A stretch of DNA of 64,000 nt from Octopus sinensis (taxonomy: Eukaryota), in NCBI RefSeq assembly GCF_006345805.1, contig NC_043003.1:112654001-112718000 (forward strand), read 5' to 3'. The notes below the pieces were generated by a model. The model was not told where the DNA came from. It saw only the letters and a program-made list of their open reading frames with translations, and made no database searches. This document shows, piece by piece, positions 55,465-64,000 of this stretch. A program made the position numbers and the translations under genes. Each line of letters opens with the position of its first letter. Positions within the stretch are counted from its first letter, which is position 1.

Positions 55465-56308
55465 GTCCAGGGGACTGTCTTGGGGACCACTCCTCTTTAT
55501 AATTTACATAAATAACTTTTCCAGTGTCGTACATCACTGCAAAGTGAAAATATTTGCGGATGACACTGAGCTCCAGCAAATCATCAATGACGAAGCAGAC
55601 CCAACTCAACTCCAGTCTGACCTATATGCTGTGAGTCAATGGGCAGACAGAAACAAAATGCAACTGAATGAGGGAAAATTTGAGCTGATGCATTTTGGAA
55701 GAAATTCCTCACTCAAACAACCATACTCTCTTCCTTCAGGGGAACCGCTCACAGCCTCTAACAATATCAGAGACCTGGGTGTAATTGTTGATGACGATCT
55801 CAGTTGGAGTGCACACATCAACAAGAAGGTCGATATAGCTCATAGGATGAGCTCCTGGATCTTAAGAACCTTCCGGCCCAGAATACAAGGTGTCATCATA
55901 CCACTTTTCTCCTCCTTTGTACGGCCACACCTCGAATACTGCTGTGGTCTCCCCACACAAGACAAACCATCTCGTAGATTGAATCACCCCAGAGGGCACT
56001 CACTAAACGAATTGGAGGCATTACTGGTATCGATTATTGGGACCGCCTTAAAGCCTTGAAACTCTACCCTCTCTAGCGCCGCCGCGAGTGGTACATCATT
56101 TGTACGATGTGGAGAATATACCGCCAACTTTGCCCAAACGACCTGAACATTAGTTTCAAGGTTCATCCAAAGCTGGGACCACGGGCCATACGTCACCTGC
56201 CCAATTCAGGATCACAGCATATAGGTACACTGCAACATAATTTCTTTTCCTCAACAGGCCCTGCTATGTTTAACATTGTCCCGAAAGAGATCAAAGAAGC
56301 TGACCGTT
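55465..56308 (+). pseudogene. CR1/Crack-group LINE reverse transcriptase 3' fragment
   Basis: (V)QGTVLG/GPLLFIIYINN; KIFADDT; LQSDL..VSQWADRNKMQLNEGKF; IRDLGVIVDDDLSWSAHI; SFVRPHLEYCC. Confidence 0.9.
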
Positions 56309-56350
56309 AGTAAAGAGAGACACACAAATAAGAAAGAAGAAAGCAAAGGA

Positions 56351-56390
56351 CCACTGATGAGATCACAGAAGTGGGACGAAAGAACTCTGG
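56351..56390 (+). ncRNA. Minimal hammerhead ribozyme-like motif (degenerate stem II)
   Basis: CCA-CTGATGA-GATCAC-AGAA-GTGGGAC-GAAA-GAAC-TC-TGG. Stem I CCA/TGG, CUC triplet. Confidence 0.5.
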
Positions 56391-57247
56391 CAGAAATAAG
56401 ATTAAGATTAATGTAAAACATAGAAAAAGCTGATGCAAATTAACACCAAATGTATAGTGCGTGTGTTTTTGTTGGCTAAACTGGCAAAATGACCATTCCT
56501 AAATACAACAACAATTATAAAACAAATATATTGCTTTATGGCATATTATTAATTGATGCAGACGTATTTTGTGTGATAAGAAACGTAGAAATCAGTTATC
56601 TAAAATGTAATACAAGTGAGTTTTGGGAGGTGAAATCCATTAGGCACTTCCTCCAGAATTAAATCTAACACGATGTTTCTTAAAAAGTCACCGAAGAAGT
56701 CGTTTGCCACGAAGAGTATTTCTACATATTTGCCCGTCTGTTTTGGTTAACTATATTTATGCAAATATCGAAACATGTACGTAGATATCCATACAAATGG
56801 ATATTGGAATCTCTCCAAGAACAAATTTGTATTTTAGGAGCCCAATATCGATGTATGTTTGCACGTTGTTTTTATGGTATTACGAATATAAAAATGTAAT
56901 TTTTTTTTCTAAAACTGTACTATTTAAAAAAACAGTGAAGTTTAAAAAAGAATAGGGAATAAAAATCCGTTTAGTTAATACCAGAGAACGTTGCAAACGA
57001 GTATGGCCGTTGACTGTTATGAACCAATTTTGTTTTTTACATCAGCACCTTCATTCTCGTCTCGTTTCCTTTTTTGTTACTCTCATTACCTACACCTCTA
57101 CTCAATTATTCAAGAGAGAGAAAATAGATATTAAAAGGAAGCGCTGATGAATTAAGAGTGTGATAACAAGCAAATTTATCTTCCCGCTAATCCTCATTGC
57201 TTATCTCATACTCCAAATCTATCTCTCCCACTCTCACTCTCTCTCCT

Positions 57248-57278
<31 letters not shown>

Positions 57279-57664
57279 TGCTTTCTATTTATCTATCTCT
57301 CTATCTATTCGTGTATCTTTCTTTAAGCGTACATCTATCATTCTCCAAATAAAGAAGATTGATATTGGTACTATTTCAAATGTCTCTCTTTCATCTATAT
57401 TACGGTTTATTTCCAAGGAGATTATAGTAGATATTTCCCTTAAAGATCTCATGTTGAAAATAATAATACATAGTATTTTATAAGGGTTGGAATTATAGTT
57501 TCTGAATAGGAAGCAGACATATATACAAACAATTCACACGACCTCTTACACACACAGACACACACACACACACACACACACAAACATACACACACAGACA
57601 CACACATATATATACATATATACATTCATACATATGCATATATTCATACACACACACATGTATA

Positions 57665-57696
<32 letters not shown>

Positions 57697-57847
57697 CGTG
57701 TGTGTATATGTGTGTGTGTTTGTATGCATATATATATAAAACATATACACACATGTAAGTACCATATATATATATATGTAGATATATACGTATATATGCA
57801 CATACGCAGGCACACGCACGCGCGTGCACACACACAGACTCACACAA

Positions 57848-57891
<44 letters not shown>

Positions 57892-58239
57892 GCACACAAA
57901 CATTTCACTTTGCAGACACATGATAACGGCTTAGTAAAACTTAATAAGATTTCGAAGCAAACAGAATCTAAATACAAATAAGTTTATCTACATTATTGTT
58001 TTCCCTTTGTGGTTGTTGTTGTTGTTGTTGTCATTGATATAGTTAGTGATGACGATAGTGTGTGGGTGTGATATACCAGGATGGTGGCGGTGGGTGGGAG
58101 TGGTCGTGATGTTTCGAAGGAGAAGAAATGGTTAGAAAATTGAAATCTTGGTGTTTGGAGGGATTTTAATCACAGCAATTCTTGTAAAATTACAAGTTAT
58201 TTATTGAAAGCGGTAGTGACCATTGATGAGGGAATTACT

Positions 58240-58316
58240 ACTACTACTACTACTGATGATGATGATGATGATGATGATAGTAGTAGTAGTAGTAGTGGTG
58301 GTGGTGGTGGTGGTTA

Positions 58317-58350
<34 letters not shown>

Positions 58351-58357
58351 GGTGGTG

Positions 58358-58439
<82 letters not shown>

Positions 58440-58514
58440 GGTGGTGGTGGTGGTGGTAGTAGTAGTAGTGGTGGCGGTGGTGGTGGTATAGTAGTAGTAG
58501 TAGTGGTGGTGGTG

Positions 58515-58564
<50 letters not shown>

Positions 58565-58598
58565 GGTGGTAGTAGTAGTAGTAGTAGTGGTGGTGGTG

Positions 58599-58640
<42 letters not shown>

Positions 58641-58645
58641 TGGTG

Positions 58646-58698
<53 letters not shown>

Positions 58699-58762
58699 GG
58701 TGGTGGTGGTGGTGGTGGTTGTAGTAGTAGTAGTAGTGGTGGTGGTGGTGGTGGTGGTGGTT

Positions 58763-58842
<80 letters not shown>

Positions 58843-58861
58843 GGTGGTGGTGGTAGTGGTG

Positions 58862-58893
<32 letters not shown>

Positions 58894-58899
58894 GGTGGA

Positions 58900-58935
<36 letters not shown>

Positions 58936-58963
58936 GGTGGTGGTGGTAGTGGTGGTGGTGATT

Positions 58964-58995
<32 letters not shown>

Positions 58996-59087
58996 GGTAG
59001 TAGTAGCAGTAGTAGTAGTAGCAGCAGCAGCAGCAGCTGTAGTAGTAGTAGTAGTAGTAGTCGTAGTAGTAGTAGTAGTAGTAGTAA
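58240..59087. repeat. Compound (TAG)n/(TGG)n array
   Basis: Direct reading. Confidence 0.95.
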
Positions 59088-59510
59088 GGACGGACGAAAT
59101 ACTATTAAGCATTTTGTCCGGCTTTGCTACCGATTCTGCCAATTCGCTGTGTTGCACTCGCCATCATTATAATAATTTCAAATTTAGCACAAGGCCAGCA
59201 ACTTTGGAGTGGGTGTAAGTCGATTATATCACCCTCCCCAGAATTCAGTGGCCTTGTGCCAAAGTTTGAAATTCCTATTAAGACGGTGAAAGGTGGTGGC
59301 GAGCTGACAGAATCTTTACGGCGCCGGCAGAAAATGCTTAGCAACATTTCTTCCGACGTTACGTTCCGAGTTCAAATGCCGCCTAAGTGGACTTTGCCCT
59401 TCCTCCTTTCGGAGTCTTTAAATAAGTACTAGTCGAGTACAAGGATCGACGTAATCGACTTAGCCCTTCCCCCAAAATTACTGCATTTCTGCCAAAATTT
59501 GAAACCAATA
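59088..59510. mobile_element. Family A SINE pieces in divergent orientation (minus 59088-59275; plus 59290-59510)
   Basis: Family A head and core sequences on both strands. Confidence 0.7.
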
Positions 59511-59782
59511 TTAATAATAACAGCAATAATGTTTTGTTTTAGTCACACAAGATCAGCAATTTTGAAAGTGGGGAGTATTCGGTACCATTGACCTTAGTAC
59601 TAGTCTAGTAGCTTATTTTATTGAATCCGGTGAGGATGAAAGACAAAGGGCACCGAGGTTCACTTTATCTTCCGACCCTCCTGGTTCGATAAAATAAAGC
59701 ACCTAGAATCGGTGTCATCAACAGAAAACTTCCCCATCCTCAACGCTGGAATCCAGCGTTGGGATTCCTGGTATTGCTCATA

Positions 59783-60009
59783 TACTCTTTTACTCTTTTA
59801 CTTGTTTCAGTCATTTGACGGCGGCCATGCTGGAGCACCGCCTTTAGTCGAGCAAATCGACCCCGGGACTTATTCTTTGTAAGCCCAGTACTTATTCTAT
59901 CGGTCTCTTTTGCCGAACCGCTAAGTGACGGGGACGTAAACACACCACCATCGGTTGTCAAGCAATGCTAGGGGGACAAACACACACACACAAACATATA
60001 AACACACAC

Positions 60010-60042
<33 letters not shown>

Positions 60043-60212
60043 ATACATATATACGACAGGCTTCTTTCAGTTTCCGTCTACCAAATCCACTCACAAGGCA
60101 TTGGTCGGCCCGGGGCTATAGCAGAAGACACTTGCCCAAGATGCCACGCAGTGGGACTGAACCCGGAATCATGTGGTTGGTTAGCAAGCTACTTACCACA
60201 CAGCCACTCCTG
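59783..60212 (-). mobile_element. Family B SINE, full length
   Basis: Reverse complement of 37975-38380. Confidence 0.9.
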
Positions 60213-60429
60213 CGCTTATGTTTTTGTTATATATTTTATCATACATTTTAATTGAAATATTGTTGGTATTGCTTTACCTTCATGCCTCAGATCTTGCTTG
60301 TTTCAATTTCGAGATACTTCTATTTTGATAATTTTTCCATTTCCATTTTAGAAATATTTCAGTGTTCTGGTATTTTTTATTCAGTGTCTCATTGGATGGT
60401 CTTTCTTTGTTTATAAGGTCGTCTACAGA

Positions 60430-60648
60430 AACTATAGCCAACTCTGATTTTTGCTACGACGTTTCGTATCGAGACGTCAGATGTAAACAAACAATGAGAA
60501 GTGCGTTAGATGGGCGCTGATGAAGAGGCAACAACCTCCGAAATGTGACATATACACTCATTACCCAGTTTTGTCTCCGATCTCATTACTTGCATACAGC
60601 TGACGTTGATACGAAAAGTTGTAGCAAAAATTAGTGCTGACTGTAGTT
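60430..60648. repeat. ~68-bp imperfect inverted repeat enclosing a hammerhead-like core
   Basis: Arms at 60430-60498 and 60581-60648. Loop contains CTGATGA-A-GAGG-CAACAA-CCTC-C-GAAATGTGACATA (60517-60552). Confidence 0.7.
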
Positions 60649-60649
60649 T

Positions 60650-61047
60650 ACTCTCTTTTACTCTTTTACTCTTTTACTTGTTTCAGTCATTTGACTGCGG
60701 CCATGCTGGAGCACCGCCTTTAGTCGAGCAAATCGACCCCGGGACTTATTCTTTGTAAGCCCAGTACTTATTCTACTTATTCGGTCTCTTTTGCCGAACC
60801 GCTAAGTGACGGGGACGTAAACCCACCAGCATCAGTTGTCAAGCAATGCTAGGGGGACAAACACAGACACACACACACATACATACATATATATATAAAT
60901 ATATATACATATATACGACAGGCTTCTTTCAGTTTCCGTCTACCAAATCCACTCAAAAGACACTTGCCCAAGATGCCACGCAGTGGGACTGAACCCGCAA
61001 CCATGTGGTTGGTTAGCAAGCTACTTACCTCACAGCCACTCCTGCGC
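60650..61047 (-). mobile_element. Family B SINE with ~35-bp internal deletion
   Basis: As 59783-60212 but lacking the CAAGGCATTGGTCGGCCCGGGGCTATAG segment. Confidence 0.9.
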
Positions 61048-61189
61048 CTATAGAATATCTGTAGAAACAACCTTTAAAATGATGTAACAAGCACTGCTGA
61101 TACAGTGGGATGTGGTTCTGAGTTGTAAACATATTTAGTATACTTCATAGTTTATTGTATTAGCATATCAAAGTGCCACGTACTTACAA

Positions 61190-61400
61190 ACCTTTCAGGT
61201 CTTCCTTTGATCTCCTTATCGATTTCAAAAAGCAGATCACTAACGGTTGAGCCCATATCTCTGTCATTTGCCATGTTTGATATCTGTTTATATCACTTCT
61301 TACCAAATGAATATAGTGGCACGGCAGACATAATAATTAACCATCTCATTATATTTGTTGCAAGGTCTGTACTTTATGCTCGCTTCTTTTTTCACTAACT
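61190..61400 (-). pseudogene. Possible RTE-clade RT fragment
   Basis: MGSTVSDLLFEIDKEIKGR resembles YLGSTIS....DxEIxxRI. Short and decayed. Confidence 0.4.
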
Positions 61401-61590
61401 TTTTTCTGTACTTACTTGTACCTCAGTAGGATCAAACCCACTGTTTCTGCTTTTAATTCAGATACCTTTTAGCTTTTACTCTGACTTGCTTTCGACATAA
61501 CGAAGCTTGTGAAATATTGGCCATGAGCTTTTTTTGCTCATCTCCATTTTATTATTGATGTTATATTGTTGTTGCTAGTATTATCATTCC

Positions 61591-61654
<64 letters not shown>

Positions 61655-62204
61655 GAGTGAGAGAGCAGTGCATCTCATCAAAGTGACACTGGGGTAAAAT
61701 ATACGAAGCCCAATATACCCATCATGACTACATGTCTGATAAGGGTACACCAGGCACATGCATCACAACCATATGTGCGCGACATGGTGATCTCATATCA
61801 AGATAAACAGCACATGACCTTGCAGGTGAGGCCCAGTTAGAATTTTCTTCAGGTTGAGTAACCCATCCTGATCAAAAAGTCCCTGAATAAGGGTTGTTTA
61901 AGGATATTGAAAGAACCACCCATGTTTCCAGAGGTGAATTATTTAAACCCCAAAGAATCCCTCTCAACACATGGCTATGATGCTCCCCCACTACTTCTAC
62001 TCGTGATCAGAGATGCACATATCGTCAGCCACTAAGGGACATTTTCATCTGGTTAAGGTCAAACAACTGACAAGCAAATCTGTGGTATTGAGCAGAATAT
62101 TTACTGTAGCTCATCTTTTATACCAAGACAAAACAAGGTACATGATAACACTTCCAATCAGTTAAGATCAGAAGCCATGAGAGCCACTGCCTGGTACTGC
62201 ATCA
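61655..62204. mobile_element. ~540-bp (ATT)n-bounded repeat, copy 3
   Basis: (ATT)n at 61590-61654 and 62205-62275. Confidence 0.88.
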
Positions 62205-62224
62205 TATTATTATTATTATTATTA

Positions 62225-62264
<40 letters not shown>

Positions 62265-62284
62265 ATTATTATTATTGCTATAAA

Positions 62285-62430
62285 TGCAGTGTAACTAGCA
62301 GAATCGCTAGCTTACCGGGAAATTGTTCGGCGATATATCGTCTGCCTTTACGTTCCTAGTTCATTCTTTCGGCTTTGATAAAATGAATACCAGCTGGGCA
62401 CTGGGTTTGATGTAATCGACTTGGAACCTT
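62285..62430 (+). mobile_element. Decayed family A SINE
   Basis: CTAGCAGAATCGCTAGC...GATAAAATGAATACCAG...GATGTAATCGACT. Confidence 0.6.
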
Positions 62431-63224
62431 TCCCTGTTTTTTTCTAATATTGTGCCAAATTTAAATATCATTATTATTATTATTGCTGTGGCTGTCATTA
62501 TTATTTACGAACTGGTGCTTGTGATGATGTTTCTTGTGGTGGTCATTATTGCTTTCAATATTGATGGTGATATTTTGAAGGTGATGCAGAATACTGATTT
62601 CATAATAATGCACTGATGCAGTAGTAGTGTAGTTCATAAGTTTGCTAATACATATATGTACGAATGTGTGTATGTAATATATGCGATATATATATATATA
62701 TACATACACACACATACCTGCAAACGTACACACACACACATATGTATTAGTACAGCACAAACTACACAATATATGCAAAATTGTAAATATTTTTTCATGT
62801 AGTGTGTGTGTGTGTGTGTAAATATACGCATACACACATACACACATACGCATACATACATATGTCGTATATAGCTTCTTTCTCATAAATTATTTAAATA
62901 TATTTGACACACTCATCATTCTTATTGACGTCATCAGGCGATGTGATATCATCATAATCATCTTTATGATCATCATGGTCACCATGATCATCATAATCAT
63001 TGTTATCGTCCTTCTCTGTCTCTGTCTCTCTCTCTCCATCACTCTCACTGTCTCTGTCTATTTATCTACCTCTATCTCTCTGTTTTCTCTTTATACTCAT
63101 GTATATATGCATGTATGTATGCCATTATTCAGTTTTATCTCAACATTTCTTGCCAATAGAGTAAGTGCCGGTTTCTAACCTAGCCAACGTTAGATAATCC
63201 CATATGTGTATGTAAGTGTGTTTG

Positions 63225-63255
<31 letters not shown>

Positions 63256-63523
63256 CTGGGTAAAATGTAGCTACTGCTTCGCTAAGAATTTTAGGTGCCT
63301 ATGTAGTCACAAGAAGGTATATGCATTCTCTCCACTCTCCCTCCTTTAAACTCGGATGCACTTCCAGGATGTGATAGCTGCGCAGAAAGAGAGCTGAACC
63401 AACCGCTTCGGTACACAAATGCAGCTCAGTACATACGTGTGTGTGTGTAGATAGATAGATAGATTCATACATACATAAATACATACATACATACATGCAT
63501 GCATGCATACATACATACATACA

Positions 63524-63554
<31 letters not shown>

Positions 63555-64000
63555 GCAGTGGGAATATATATTCAGTACCAGGTGTTGATATGACTGCGTG
63601 TATATTATTACAAGAGTTCATATAGTGATGAAGAATAAATTCAAGAACTTATATATTTACTACATAAAAATATATTTTATTTACTGGTCGATGATGATAC
63701 GTGATCAAAATATAGAATCTAGTTGAATGAAGTAATCTATGGAAGAAAGTTCAGAGATAGGAAATATAGAAATAACAGCTAAGTGGTGGCTTTCAGTCAT
63801 GTGGCCTAGAGAAATAGACAGTCATAGCAATGACGTGAATGGTTCGAAGTCTAATCGACTAAGAAGCGAAGAGCAGGGTTAGCAAGTTGTTTTTATGAAT
63901 GGAACGCTAGACATTCTAGAAACTTCCAAGAGAAACGCTAAGCTTCTTGAATAAGTAAGAATCACGTCTCATGACACCGATGCTTCGAGAAACTTAGTAA

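Overview
Eukaryotic, AT-rich, extremely microsatellite-dense DNA with no recognisable host protein-coding exon. The SINE families and repeat landscape suggest an octopus/cephalopod genome (inference, not checked against a database). Two large young-looking mobile elements dominate. The first is a near-complete Helitron (12406-18193, +) with both termini, N-terminal 23-aa STPR-like repeats, an HUH Rep domain and an internally deleted Pif1 helicase. The second is a 5'-truncated Tx1/L1-clade LINE (18455-23092, -) with APE, RT and CCHC domains, embedded in (GATA)n; two further 3' fragments of the same family are also flanked by (GATA)n on both sides. The rest is decayed Penelope, R4/Dong-like, CR1-like and Tc1 fragments, three tRNA-derived SINE families, MITEs (one Merlin-like foldback with an 8-bp TSD), a non-coding ~540-bp repeat always bounded by (ATT)n, and several minimal hammerhead-ribozyme-like motifs. 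Most ORFs in the supplied track are microsatellite or antisense artefacts. All alignments and folds were done by eye; boundaries of decayed repeats are approximate.
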